Shown here piece by piece: positions 40,300 to 53,500 of a stretch of 64,000 bases of DNA. The notes under the pieces are model-generated. The model made no database searches. It was not told where the DNA came from and saw only the letters and a list, made by a program, of their open reading frames with translations. This DNA is from Lytechinus pictus (lineage: Eukaryota). Made by a program: the position numbers and the translations under genes. The stretch covers positions 1,240,001 to 1,304,000 of the forward strand of contig NC_087245.1 in NCBI RefSeq assembly GCF_037042905.1, read 5' to 3'. Position 1 is the first letter of the stretch. Each line of letters opens with the position of its first letter.

Positions 40300-41020
40300 A
40301 ATGCGAGCGTAAATCATGAGCCTGAATCTTTGACTATTTCATGTATTTAGACTTAAAAAGGGCACATTTTATGCATTTTTGTAAAATTTCAAAAACATGC
40401 GTATCCATTTAAACTCGTAATTCGAGCGCGAAGCGCGTGCTGATTTTTTTGTATATATATATATATATATATACACACAGACTTGAATATTAATATTTCA
40501 AGGGATCTTTGCTCATGAAGAGGATACTAAATACTGACCCGAAATGATTCATGACGAGAATTCATAATTCATCACTCAAATAATGCGAGCGCACGAGAAG
40601 GGCGAATCGCGATACAAAAAATTGTTTACAATCCGATCTGAAAACGAGACAGTTTTAAGGACTGCTTGCTAAGTCTCATGAAAATGATTTGAATCTCACT
40701 AATCTAATAATGCGAGCGTAATAAGCACATGATAAAATTCTTATATACATTTAATTGAAAAGGATCGTTTTAAGCACCGTTCAACTTGTAGGAAAATCGT
40801 TAACATTACGTTTCTCACAAATAAATAATGCGAGCACAAAACACAAGCTATAGTTCTTTAAAAAAAATAATAAACCAGAAAATGAGACATTCACAAGACT
40901 TTTTGTAATTATGTACAGGGTGTGCATCTGACTAAACAATAATGCGATTTCAATTTGCGAGCTGAAATTGTTAATTAAAATGACCTAAAATTAGTGATTA
41001 TAAGGACCGTTTTGTAGGAA
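40300..41020 (+). repeat. Decayed ~100-bp-unit array (AATGCGAGCGCG motif) related to 57252-59568
   Basis: Periodic TAATGCGAGC motifs. Confidence 0.65.
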
Positions 41021-41192
41021 CTCCAGCACGAAATTTAGAGATTAATCGCTAATAAGACAAAACAATTCTGATTGGTTCCCGGTCAGATTACTGAGCAAAT
41101 GCGCATGCACCGATGATTGTGATAGGTCATTTCATTTAGCTATTAATCGATAACCCTTTGCGATACAGACCATGAACTCTAGCATTCAGAAC

Positions 41193-41792
41193 AGGTCAAG
41201 TCCACCCCATGATTTGAATAAAATAGAGGAAAATCAAACTAGCATAATGTTGAAAATTTCATCAAAATCGGATGTAGAATAAGAAACTTATGACATTTAA
41301 AAGTTTCTCTTATTTTTCACAAAACAGTTATTTATGCACAACTCAGTGACATACAAATGGGACAGTCGATGATGTCCCTCACTATTTCTTTTGTTTTTTG
41401 TTTGAATTATGAAATATTTTATTTTTTACAGATTTGACAATAAGGGCCAACTTGACTGAACCATACAGTATAAAAATAACGCTACATAACTCCACATGTT
41501 CAGGGAGGAATTAATCTTCGTTTCACTTGACAATAAAGAGAAAATTTGAATTTTTCATATTTCATATAATAAAATACAAAAGAAATAGAGAGTGGATGAC
41601 GTCATCAGTTTCCTCATTTGCATACCGACCAGGATATGTATATAACAGTATACTGTTTTGATAAATTATCGGAAATTTAGTATGTCATAACTTTCTTAGT
41701 TTACATCCGATTTTAATGAGATTTTCAGTGTTATGCTCGTTGGTTTTTATCTTTTTATTAAAATCAACTTTTTGTTGGGGTGGTCTTGCCCT
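41193..41792 (-). mobile_element. TTAA MITE family A, copy 2
   Basis: Reverse-orientation homolog of 19107-19717. Confidence 0.85.
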
Positions 41793-41795
41793 TTA

Positions 41796-41957
41796 CAGGG
41801 GCCGCGGAATGGTTTTCAAAGTGGGGGGGGGGGCTGAGCCAAAGGGGAGGGGCTGACCATGCAAAAATCACAATCATATGGTTATTTTTACGTTTTTGTA
41901 CATGGTTTTGGAAAAAAGTGGGGGGCTGCTCCCCCCCCCCCGCTTCCGCGGCCCCTG
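41796..41957. mobile_element. 162-bp MITE with 5-bp TSD
   Basis: Perfect TIRs CAGGGGCCGCGGAA; CTTTA at 41791-41795 and 41958-41962. Confidence 0.8.
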
Positions 41958-41963
41958 CTTTAA

Positions 41964-42080
41964 TAGAGAGAGTTCGGCTAAACTCAGTTTCTATGGGTTA
42001 CCAACATGCATGGCGCATTTCAAAAGAAGTTCTGCCATGTCGGTAACCCATTGAAACCGGGTTGGCCAAAGTCTCTCTAT
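41964..42080. mobile_element. Short palindromic MITE
   Basis: TAGAGAGAGTTCGGCTAA...TTGGCCAAAGTCTCTCTA fold-back in TTAA context. Confidence 0.6.
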
Positions 42081-43611
42081 TAATGGCTCTGCTATATAGA
42101 GCATTTTGTATTTTAGAGCACACCTATAAAAAAAACAAGATCGAAGCACAGGGGTACCTAAAGTCGGGGTTATGCCCCCTTACCTCCCCCTCCTCCTATA
42201 GAAAAAAGGTAAGAGAAATGACAAGGAAAATGCTCCCTCTGTCTCGCTTCGTTTCTTAGAAGTTCTAAGCCAGGGTACTTGGGGATCCCCCGAAATTTCT
42301 TTCTTTTTTTTGCGAATTAAAAAGGAGTTCTTTTTCGTGGGAGCGTTTCCCATAATTATGTATCGAATCTTTTCGTCTCTTAAAGCTAAGGTTACACCAA
42401 AACCAAATTCTCCCTAATAAATTCGGACTGATTCTGATGAAGTCGGTGGCTCGAATGAAATTTGTTGTCGTGAGTATTCTGTTCTCCCTCTGCGAATGTG
42501 AGAAAATTCGGGAAGGAATCGGGAACATTCCCGGAGGAATTCGAATCGTTTTGAAATGTTCAAAACCAGCTGAATAACCTAAAAATACTCCCGAATGTGG
42601 GCACAACAAATTTCATTTGGGTCTCATACTGGATGTATTCGGATGAGATTCGGTTGGATTAGGGGAGGCATTCGGAGTATTCTGTGCTGAATCGGGACCT
42701 ATTCGGGACCCATTCGTCTCTATTCGGGGAGCTCCCCGAATCAGAGACGAATAGGTTCCTAATCCACCAAATCCATCCGGATCAGGCCGTCTTCGGGCAA
42801 AATCGGTACGAATTTATTCGGGAGAATTCGGAATTAGTGTGACCCTATATAGTTTTATCTGTAATCGTATCTATTACTGCAATTGAATTAATTTCTCATC
42901 TCAGATCGAATCTGTATATTTGAATTGCATTAATATTCGATCACAGATAAGAGTAAAAAAAGTGAAAAGATTCGATTTAAGAATAAAATACATAATTCGT
43001 TATAGTAATAAATTTCTTAACAGATAAAAGTCGAAAGAAACCATTAATTTTAATTTACGTTATTCCTCTCTCAGACATGTCAGAGAAAGAAAAACGTTCT
43101 ATTTCATGCTTGTTAAAATTATCATTAAACGCATATAGAAATATATTCCAATCTGCTTGTCAGATACCTTTATAATAATTATAACAACCGTGAGCATAGT
43201 AAGTTCACTTATGCTTAAAGTGTTTCGAAACGCCTTTTTGGCAGCCCTATCAATGGTCTCATTACCGCTAATATCACAGAGTGAATCAAATCTTAAGAGA
43301 CACACATAATATTCTTCCAATTTTAATAAAATTTCATTTACAATAGTGCATTTAATGAAATAGGAATCAATCATGTAGCGCGAACAAAATAGTCGCTAAA
43401 ATGACAATTTAAAACATAATTTATATATACATATACACACATGGTTTTTTTTTGGTATAAATGTACCTCACGTAGGTTGCGTGAAACTCAGAGTTGCAAT
43501 TAAATTTGATGAACCTCCAGTCAACCTTGTGAACTTGTGTTTATTATTCAAAGCTCTTCCTGTGAAGGACACCGAGCACTCTATATACAAGGATAGAATT
43601 CCCGAAGTAAA

Positions 43612-43647
<36 letters not shown>

Positions 43648-44165
43648 TGTTGGTGTGTAGATTTTCAAGAGGGAAACAATCGATTTATTTAACTTCAGTA
43701 AAATTCTTTTTTTTTTTGCAATTCAGTTTTAGTTTTCATTTCATTAAAACAATATGATAAAAAGATATACAGACAAAAAGAAGAACAAATAAAACATATC
43801 ACTGGAAAATTAGCAAAAATGAAACAGGTTATAATAATAGTTGAGTTGGTATATATTTATAGCACTACGGTTGATAGAGAATTAATAAAATAAAACACAC
43901 ACTTAAAGGCTATATGAGTAGGCGTCAAGCACCGACCCTTTTTTACATTTGCAAATTCAATTCAATTTATAATTCGATCGATAGTTTATAAGAATTATTG
44001 GCATATAGGTCCTATATACACAACAACAAACGCAATTCAGAATAAAATATAATCCCTTACGGGCATACAATAATAATAATAGTATAATCCCTATACTAAG
44101 CTTTAATTCAGCACAAATTACATCTTAGTCTGTAAGCTTTTTAAGAGTAATAATAGATACTTATA

Positions 44166-45236
44166 CAGTGCGCCCCACAAAAAACGAAACCGAGATTTAT
44201 CGATGATTTATCATAACTTAATCACCAATACAATAGACAAATTACCTACCATTGTAAAGCTTAGAATATCCTATTTCATCTGAAATTACTTAGATTATTT
44301 CTCATTCACGCATGAGTGAGCAAAAACAATTTCAAGAGGGGATACCAAAAAGTAATTTGGCGGGCTGTATCTGGGTTTCAAAAAGAAAACCACATTTTCA
44401 AAAAGTTCAATATCTGCTCATTAATTTGATACCTCAATTACAGAAAATGGTCAAGAAATAACAAAGTTCTGGTTATTTGAAACAAGGCTTGAATTTCAAT
44501 AATTTCATAAAATTAAGAGGTTCTACAGGCTAGCGTTCAAACTCACTTGACACTCCGTTTTGTTGACGATCAGCCATGCATTAAGTATTTTGTTAACCAT
44601 GCGATACACTCTAAATTACAGGGATTTAAAATTAGTCCACATGGACTGTAGTTAGGGACCAATCGAATTCCGGATTTAATTGAATCCTTCAGATTCCTTT
44701 TTTAAATCTCGAAAGATTTAAATTTAATTTAAATTTAAATCATTTGAGATTTAAATTTAAGTCTTTAGGATTAAAACAAAATCCAGAAATCGATTGGTCC
44801 CTAACTACAATCCATCTAGACTTATTTTAAATCCCTGTAATTTAGAGTGTAGCTTCTGTGGGAAACCGGTGAAAACATGTTTGTTTAATGAAATTATGGA
44901 AATACAAGAATTGTTTCGAGGATCATAACTTTTTTACTTCTTGACCATTTTTTTGTGATTAAGGTATCAAATAAAAGAGCAGATATTGAACTTTTAAGGC
45001 ATGTGATTTTTTTTTTGAAATTCAGATACCCCCCGCCAAATGAGTTTTTGGTATCCTTTCTTCAAATTGTTTTTGCTCACTCATGCGTGAATGGGGAATA
45101 ATCTAAGTAATATCAGATGAAAGAGGAGATTCTAAGCTTTACATTGGTAGGTCAATGAATTGTCTATTGTATTTGTGATTAAGTTATGATAAATCATCGC
45201 TTAATCTCGGTTTCGTTTTTTTTGTGGGACGCACTG
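44166..45236. mobile_element. Tc1/mariner-like fold-back MITE with ~350-bp TIRs
   Basis: TA-CAGTGCGCCCCACAAAAAACGAAACCGAG...CTCGGTTTCGTTTTTTTGTGGGACGCACTG-TA. Confidence 0.88.
44607..44849. mobile_element. Nested palindromic MITE, TA TSD
   Basis: TA-CACTCTAAATTACAGGGATTTAAAA...TTTTAAATCCCTGTAATTTAGAGTG-TA. Confidence 0.88.
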
Positions 45237-45737
45237 TATAGCGCCCAGGTCTACCTTTCGGCGCTCATATGTCACTAATATACATGGACAATAATTGAAA
45301 TTAAGTAGAAAAAGAAAGAGAATAGAACTTTGAATTCTCCTGAACATAACACACTATCAAATTTTAATGGGAGAGGAACAAAATAAGTTTTTTGTTTGGA
45401 CTTGAATTTTATTAAATGAAATTTGACGTAATTGGATATAGTCAGTTGATTCCATAGCTTGATCCTATGACTGAGAAAGCATGACCCCCCCCCCCCCCCC
45501 ATCGTTGTTTTCTTCTGGGTGTCCAGAGCAGTCAATTGGCAGCCAGTGTAGGAATGGACAATTGGGAAGATGGAGTCGTATTTTGTTACTGTACGTGGCG
45601 TAAGTTAAAATAATCGTGATTTCATTATCATCACCATAGCCTCGGATAAGGGATTTGAGAAAAACGCCAAAATCGAGGTCACTTTTAAAGAAAGCATCCT
45701 TAATTAATACACCAAATTTTAGGAAACAAGCCTAACT

Positions 45738-46368
45738 TTATTCAGGTATAAAACGATGTGGGTACATTTCATTATAGCTATCCACACACTGAGCTATTAT
45801 ACGGACGATATCTTGGGTTAGATTTTGAGGAAGCGGTTGAGGGTCTGTCTGTGCAAATCCTGAGCTCTCGTAAGCTCGCTTAAAAGTCTGTGACTGTGAC
45901 ATTCTTTCGTTAGTATGTGCATCGGGGCAGCCATTTCTCCAGGACTTGATAACATCTGTGGATGCATCCCATTCTAGGAGTCCATCTCGATACTCAACAT
46001 CCATTACCTCACATATCTTCTTGATGAATGGTTTTGGGTTGGCCAAGAAGTCTTCAGTATCAATGATCAATGGGTTTATTCCTACGTTGGTGAAGTGCTT
46101 CCATAAGGCATGCATCTCCCCAAACCAGTGATGAGTTGGATACGTAGGGTGAACCTTCTCAAGGTCGGCGTCGGGTGGTAGATCGACTATATTTTTCATG
46201 ACCATTTTCCTAAACGACGATATCACCCTTGTTGGATCCCTGATCACTAAGATATGTCTATATCCCTTAGGAATGTAATCGTAAGAATCATAGCTTGCCA
46301 CAGCCATCTCTTTGACAACGACAGTACGTCTTTCAGAATCCTCAAGGGCATTCCTCACACCTCCATAT
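45738..46368 (-). CDS. Sulfotransferase-like P-loop protein, coding exon 2
   Basis: TTTGCAG acceptor, phase 2 (AC|A = Thr); VVKEM, ILVIRDP..VISSF, IIDTEDFLANP and LLEW motifs; ends in TAA. Confidence 0.85.
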
Positions 46369-46461
46369 CTGCAAAGTAACCAGAACAAGAATAGCATTTT
46401 CAACATCTTATTCCAATTTCTAATGTTTCAATTTTGATTTTATCCATGGTATTAAATGGAC

Positions 46462-47260
46462 AACAAGAGTGTCGCTAAGGCGAGCACATAATACGCCCGC
46501 CTGTTACGCCGAAAATGGAGTTATTGGTCAAGCAAGAAAAGTGGAGGGTGGCGACTTCACCTTTGACCTTCTGGCCTCAAAATCAATAGAATTCCAATGA
46601 TCCGTGCTAGTATCATACACACCAAATTGAGCTTAGGTTATGTTAAACTAAAGTTATCGCGTTTAGAAGGACTTCAGAAGGGTAAGATGAAAACGTGTCA
46701 CTGTGACCTGGACCTTTGACCTTTTGACCCCAAAATCAATAGGCTTCCTGGGATCCATGCTAATATCATACACAAACAATTATGAGTCTAGATTAAGTTA
46801 AACGTGTTTAGAATAAAAAGTTAACGGATGGACGAACAGACGGACGGACGGACACCGAGCGTGATATCATAATACGTCCCGAATACGTCCCGTCAAGGAC
46901 GGGCGTATGGCAAGCCGTTTTAAAAATTTATTCACATTTTCTGATATCAAGAATTAGATTCCTTGATTAGAATTAGATTTCTTGATATCAAGAATTAATT
47001 TCTTGATATCAAGAATTCAATTCTCGATATCTAGAATTCAATTCTTGATATCAAGAATTTCCATTTATTAACCACATAAAATCATTTTTCATGTCAAGAA
47101 TTCAATTCTCGATATCAAGAATTCATTTTTTATATCAAGAATTAATTTCTTGATTTCTTTGTTATCAAGAAATGAATTCTTGACATCAAGAAATTTAATT
47201 CTTGATATAAAAAAAATGTGAATAAATGTTAAAACGGCTTGCCATACGGGCGTATAAAAA
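46462..47260 (-). mobile_element. DINE-1/Helentron-associated-like element (interrupted)
   Basis: Sub-terminal ATACGCCCG inverted repeats, (GGAC)n microsatellite, TGACCTT subrepeats, terminal stem-loop GTGTCGC..GCGAGCAC, A-rich ends. Confidence 0.7.
46907..47245. mobile_element. MITE with an internal array of palindromic ~21-bp units
   Basis: TIR ATGGCAAGCCGTTTTAA; ACGGGCGT at 46899-46906 and 47246-47253; internal (AATTCTTGATATCAAGAATT)n. Confidence 0.85.
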
Positions 47261-47554
47261 GGAAATCACTGCAACAAAATACCTACCTTGTAAGTTCAAA
47301 ATAAGAAGTGTCATGGTGAAAATATGTTTTCACGTTTGATCGCTACGCTTTCTTGGAAATTCTCGAATGTTTTCTGGTATGCTTTCACATTCATTCTGGC
47401 TCTTTTTCTTATCTCTTTAGTCTAATCCTAATTTTACATGACAAATAGCTGCAGAGCTCAAATGTTCGTTCACAAAATAGGGATTTTGCCCTAGCGTAAA
47501 GTACATGTAGGAGAAAAACCCAAAAGAAACATTATGATTATAGATAAAACTTAA

Positions 47555-48157
47555 AGGACAAGTCCACCGCAACAAAAACTTGATTTGAATAAAGAGAGAA
47601 AAATTCAACAAGCATAACACTGAAAATTTCATCCAAATCGGATGTAAAATAAGAAAGTTATGACATTTTAAAGTTTCGCTTCATTTCACATAACAGTTAT
47701 ATGCACATCTCGGTCGGTATGCAAATGAGGGAACTGATGACATCACTCACTCACTATTTCCTTTGTATTTTCTTATATGAAATATGAAATATTTTTATTT
47801 TCTCGTCATTGTCATGTGAAATGAAGTTTCATTCCTCCCTGAACACGTGAAATTCCATTATTTTAACATTTTGTGCTTCAGGCAAGGAGGTCCTAATCAT
47901 CAAATTCGTAAAAAAATGAAATATTGTATAATTCGAACAATAAAAACAAAAAAAATAGGGAGTGAGTGACATCATCGACTCTCTCATTTGGATGTAACTG
48001 GCTCGTTCATATAACCATTTTGTTAAAAATAAGCGAAACTTTGAAATGTCATAACTTTCTTATTTTACATCCGATTTTGATGAAATTTTCAGCATTGTGC
48101 TTGTCTGATTTTTCTCTATTGATTCAAATCAAAAATTTTCTGAGATGGACTTGACCT
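47555..48157 (+). mobile_element. TTAA MITE family A, copy 3
   Basis: Same termini and body as other copies. Confidence 0.9.
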
Positions 48158-48290
48158 GTAATGCCAGTTGTGATAAAGATTTCAAAATGAGTTCATACAA
48201 AATCAAAATTACCACCCAAGTGTCTGTAGGTAGGAATATAAAAAAATATTAGGCAATTATTCTGGAAGAAAGTGTGTAATTTCTATTTAA

Positions 48291-48893
48291 AGGTCAAGTC
48301 CACCCCAACAAAATGTTGATTTGAATCAATAGAGAAAAATCAGACAAGCACAATGCTAAAAATTTCATCAAAATCGGATGTAAAATAAGAAAGTTATGAC
48401 ATTTCAAAGTTTCGCTTATTTTTAACAAAATAGTTATATGAACGAGCCAGTTACATCCAAATTAGAGAGTCGATGATGTCACTCACTCACTATTTCTTTT
48501 GTTTTTTATTGTTTGAATTATACAATATTTCAATTTTTACGAATTTGACGATAAGGATCTCCTTGCCTGAACCACAAAATGTTAAAATAATGGAATTCCA
48601 TGTATTCAGGGAGGAATGAAACTTCATTTCACGTGACAATGACGAGAAAATCAAAATATTTCATAATTCATATAATAAAATACAAAAGAAATAGTGAGTG
48701 AGTGATGTCATCAGTTCCCTCATTTGCATACCGACCGGGATGTGCAAATAACTCTTTTGTGAAATGAAGCGAAACTTTAAAATGTCATAACTTTCTTATT
48801 TTACATCCGATTTTGATGAAATTTTCAGTGTTATGCTTGTTGAATTTTTCTCTTTTTATTCGAATCAAGTTTTTGTTGGGGTGGACTTGTCCT
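48291..48893 (-). mobile_element. TTAA MITE family A, copy 4
   Basis: TTAA on both sides; inverted relative to copy 3. Confidence 0.9.
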
Positions 48894-49135
48894 TTAAAAA
48901 ACATGGAATTCGAACACGATGTCGGGTCTTTTTCGAAGCAAAAACCCATCAAAGAAAAACTTAGTTATCGATTTTTTCATATTTAATAACGACAAAATCG
49001 AGCTGCTCCCCAACATGTCATGTGATAGATATTCCATAAAATGCAATTTTCTCATAAATTGCCAATGTGGTGGGTATATCAGCATACATATCATTTTACA
49101 CAAACGACTATGAGGGATATGTTTTAGTGGTGCCA

Positions 49136-49550
49136 GGTAAAAATGGCAGAGGTAATAATGGCAGAGGTGAAAAAGGCAGAGGTAAAAATGGCAGAAGTAA
49201 AAATGGCAGAGGTAATAATGGCAGAGGTAAAAATGGCAGAGGTAAAAAATGGCAGAGGTAAAAATGGCAGAGGTGCAAATGGCAGAGGTAATAATGGCAG
49301 AAGTAAAAATGGCAGAGGTAATAATGGCAGAGGTAAAAATGGCAGAGGTAAAAATGGCAGAGGTAAAAATGGCAGAGGTAATAATGGCAGAAGTAAAAAT
49401 GGCAGAGGTAATAATGGCAGAGGTAAAAATGGCAGAGGTAAAAATGGCAGAGGTAAAAATGGCAGAGGTAAAAATGGCAGAGGTAATAATGGCAGAGGTA
49501 AAATGGCAGGGGTTATAATCGGAGAGGTAAAAATGACAGCTCTAGGTAAA
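49136..49550. repeat. 15-bp minisatellite (GGTAAAAATGGCAGA)n, roughly 26 units
   Basis: Directly visible, with variants GGTAATAAT and AGTAAAAAT. Confidence 0.97.
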
Positions 49551-50214
49551 ATATGGCCTTAAACCCACATGCAATGAATTGTCAAAAAGCCAAAGTCAAA
49601 GTATCTATCACATGACATAATGTTAAAACTCTTGTCATAACTTTCGCCGGTCAAGTGAGATCACCCGCTCGACCCCCCCCCCCCTTCCCCTAATTTGAGA
49701 TATCTCCATATTAGATGCATTATTTTGTAAAGAATAATCTACAAGTCTAGCTGCCTTATTTCATTTCCAATCAGTGAGATTGGAAATGAAATAAGGCATC
49801 ATTGATTTAGGAAATTAGGCACAATATAAGGCCTATACTGAACGAAAATATTTGAGCTACAGGCAGCCTGGCTGTATGGAATCTTACTCTACGTACGGTC
49901 TGTGTAATTTATTATATTATGGTCTTTCATAATTATTTCCAGTTGAACGCCTATGAAGTAAAATCTTTTTTCCTTCTTTCATTTTGTATGATACTGAGTG
50001 TTGCTGTGTTAAGTAGACTATTCTCTGAAAAGAAATAAGCAATAGACTTTATAGGGCCATGTGTATATTTTGTTTTCTGTAAGCGTGTATTACGTTATTT
50101 TGATTGGGTCTGCAGTCACCCCAACCCCCTTGTATTTTTTTTTTCATTCATTTTTTATTTATTTTTATTTTTAACAAGTGCACACCTAGTTACCAAGAAT
50201 GTGTATAGCATTTT

Positions 50215-50330
50215 CATTTATTTGAATGCAGGATAAAAGAGCTTGCTCACGGGCATAGGTGCCGCGGCCGGGATCAAACCCCGGACATTCCATGTATAGT
50301 CAGGCGCCAAGACCACTCGGCCACTGCACC
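50215..50330 (-). mobile_element. tRNA-derived SINE head, decayed
   Basis: Minus strand GGTGCAGTGGCCGAGTGGTC...GGTTTGATCCC (A and B boxes), then GTGAGCAAG core. Confidence 0.65.
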
Positions 50331-51409
50331 TATTGTGTATTGTGTTTGTACCTCGATAGGCGGGGTGTTGTGGGTTTTTTTTCTGTTTTCTTTTTTTTTT
50401 AATCACAGCGTCTGAAATCGCACATTTCACTTCTTCATAACAATATATTATTCTTCATCAGTTTATTATCATCTGAAATAAACTCATTAATTTAGCTGTA
50501 ATGATTCGAAGTCCCTGTTTTGAAAACACATTCCACTGTTTGATTTATAAGATTGTACTGTCCTTCATTTTTAAAATCATAATGAAATTTAGGGTTGATA
50601 TACGAGCATATAATAACGCAATGTTATTACATAGACGTCCTATGCTATATACAAAATGCGATGTCTCATTGTATTAAGGTTCACAAGGAGGGGCATTATT
50701 ACGTAACAGTTTTCGTGCATCGTGTTTGCACTGCCCTATTCATCACCCTCGACATAATTTGTTCATCTTCTTTTGTATGGCATCTTGTTGAGTTCTGCTC
50801 CTGTTAGGCTTTGGACAGTATGAGCTGAAACATGTTCGATTTTCTTTTAGTGCCAGGTCATTTGAATGGGGGGGGGGGGGCAAAAGTTCAATATTGCATA
50901 TATATCGAACGCCCACCTCCTCATATATTTAGTCTGAAAATTAAATATATATATAACGATGCTGCATTTCTGCGAGTCAGCTTCGCAATTATTTACATCG
51001 AAATTTCACAGTTTTCTAAAGGTATTTGTTTTTAGAGAACATGCATATCGATCGGGTGTTCGGGTGCATGGGGGGGGGGGGGGCTATCAAGACATCCCTA
51101 TATGAAAATCAATTTCAGTTGCGGCTTATTGCGAGGGATCGAGCATAGATTCCAATTAAGCGAGAGGATTTTTGTTTGTACAATATAGCCACATTGCCCC
51201 GAGCATGCATCTTTTTATATTATTATTTATACTTACCTAAGTATAAAGATAGATACTTACCTATAAAGAAAGAAGGGGATCAATACAAATTTAAGACATC
51301 CTTGAAGATTACGAAGAAACAAATTCGTAAAATTCATACTGAGCAGAATTTTAGGCCTATATAATTACGACACATAGCACGCTTCTCCATATTATCTAAA
51401 CGATCCAGG

Positions 51410-52460
51410 CCCGGGGGGGGGGGGGGGACAGTCAACTGTACAAATGCGTGACCAAATTATTTCCCAACACCAACTAAACGAGGTTTTTTTTCTGTGTGCA
51501 AAATAACCCCATAAACAAGTTTTTTTTCGCGGGCTTTAGTTACACGTTTTGGCTCTTAATCAAGTTGTCGCCAGACCCCGGGGGAAAAACATACTCTAAA
51601 CACGTTTGGCTTGTCTACAAAAAAACTTTGGAAAAAAATAATAAATACGTTTGACCCCGCGACTGACCTGCATTGACCAGTCTTTCAAAACCACCCTTTA
51701 AAAAAAATCGGTGTTTTTTTATATACCCTTAACGAGTGCACGCGCGGCCCGCTTCCAAAACTGAAAAAAACCCATCTCTTTAAAGGACAAGTCCACCCCA
51801 ACAAAAAGCTGATTTGAAGAGAAAGAGAAAAATCAAACATGAATAACGCTGAAAACTTCATCAAAATCGGATGTAAAATAATAAAGTTATGACATTTTAA
51901 AGTTTTGCTTATTTTTAACAAAATAGTTATATGAACGAGCCAGTTACATCCAAATGAGAGAGTCGATGATGTCACTCACTCACTATTTCTTTTGTTTTTT
52001 ATTGTTTGAATTATACAATATTTCAATTTTTACAAATTTGACAATTAGGACCCCCTTGCTTGAACCACAAAATGTTAAAATAATGGAATTCCATGTGTTC
52101 AGGGAGGAATTAAACTTTGTTTCACATGACAGTGACGAGAAAATCAAAATATTTCATATTTCATATAATAAAATACAAAAGAAATAGTGAGTGGGTGATG
52201 TCATCGGTTCCCTCATTTGCATACCGAACAGGGTGTGCATATATAACTGTTTAGTGAAATTAAGCGAAACTTTAAAATGTCATAACTTTCTTATTTTACA
52301 TCCGATTTTGATGAAATTTTCAGTGTTATGCTTGTTTGATTTTTCTCTTTCTATTCAAATCAGCTTTTTGTTGGGGTGGACTTGTCCTTTAAACGCGGGT
52401 TTTTTTTTTGGTCACGTGTTGTGTACAGCAATATATTTGACTACCCCCCCCCCCCCCCCG
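51410..52460. mobile_element. Second copy of the 23574-23977 MITE, interrupted by family A copy 5
   Basis: Colinear with 23574-23977 on both sides of the insertion. Confidence 0.85.
51784..52388 (-). mobile_element. TTAA MITE family A, copy 5
   Basis: TTAA at 51780-51783 and 52389-52392. Confidence 0.92.
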
Positions 52461-52897
52461 ATCAAGGGAGGTCAGCCAGTTTGGAGGGGGGGGGGTGAGT
52501 TTCAATATACTGACGGTGTACTATTGCTCCCATACGTATACCCCGTGGTGCCATCGCTGGGAGAAGGACACGGGAAAAATACAAGAAGCATTGGGCTACA
52601 GGAAACATGATAGATACGTATATCAGTCAGGTTGAAAATTTTAGTGCATGTAGACCGCGGCAGAACAGATGATATGATGGCGCGGTTTCTGATCACATGG
52701 CCCTGAACTATGTCAAGATCATGACAGTAATCAAAATACATGAACTTACTATTACTATCTAAGTATTACTCTACTTCTCATAATAGGCTACAATGGTGGG
52801 AAAAAGCCGGGGAAAAAGCCAAGCCCGGGAGGCAAGGAGTGACAGCGTTTCCCATACCACGGACCTACTACTGACTCCTCGCCTCGGATCTTTTTAA

Positions 52898-53500
52898 AGG
52901 ACAAGTCCACCCCAACAAAAACTTGATTTAAATAAAAAGATAAAAATTCAACAAGCAAAACACTGAAAATTTCATCAAAATCGGATGTAAAATAAGAAAG
53001 TTATGACATTTTAAAGTTTCGCTTCATTTCACAAAACAGTTATATGCACATCTCGGTCAGTATGCAAATGAGGGAACTGATGACATCACTCACTCACTAT
53101 TTCTTTTGTATTTTATTATATGAAATATGAAATATTTTGATTTTCTCGTCATTGTCATGTGAAATGAAGTTTCATTCCTCCCTGAACACGTGGAATTCCA
53201 TTATTTTAACATTTTGTGCTTCAGGCAAGGAGGTCCTAATCACCAAATTCGTAAAAATTGAAATATTGTATAATTCAAACAATAAAAAACAAATGAAATA
53301 GTGAGTGAGTGTCATCATCGACTCTCTCATTTGGATGTAACTGGCTCGTTCATATAACTATTTTGTTAAAAATAAGCGAAACTTTGAAATGTCATAACTT
53401 TCTTATTTTACATCCGATTTTGATGAAATTTTCAGCATTGTGCTTGTTGAATTTTTCTCTTTTTATTCAAATCAACATTTTTATGAGGTGGACTTGACCT
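52898..53500 (+). mobile_element. TTAA MITE family A, copy 6
   Basis: TTAA on both sides; inverted relative to copy 5. Confidence 0.92.

Noticed and set aside
49067..49562. MAEVK / GKNGR repeat proteins
   Set aside because: Minisatellite translation with frameshifting units; no splice context.
50100..50112. Third occurrence of the 13-mer TTGATTGGGTCTG (retrozyme TSD)
   Set aside because: Flanks are not convincingly homologous; one extra match cannot establish a target preference.
47966..53497. Recurrent short ORFs (LKCHNFLILHPILMKFS)
   Set aside because: Translations of family-A MITE TIRs, not a gene family.
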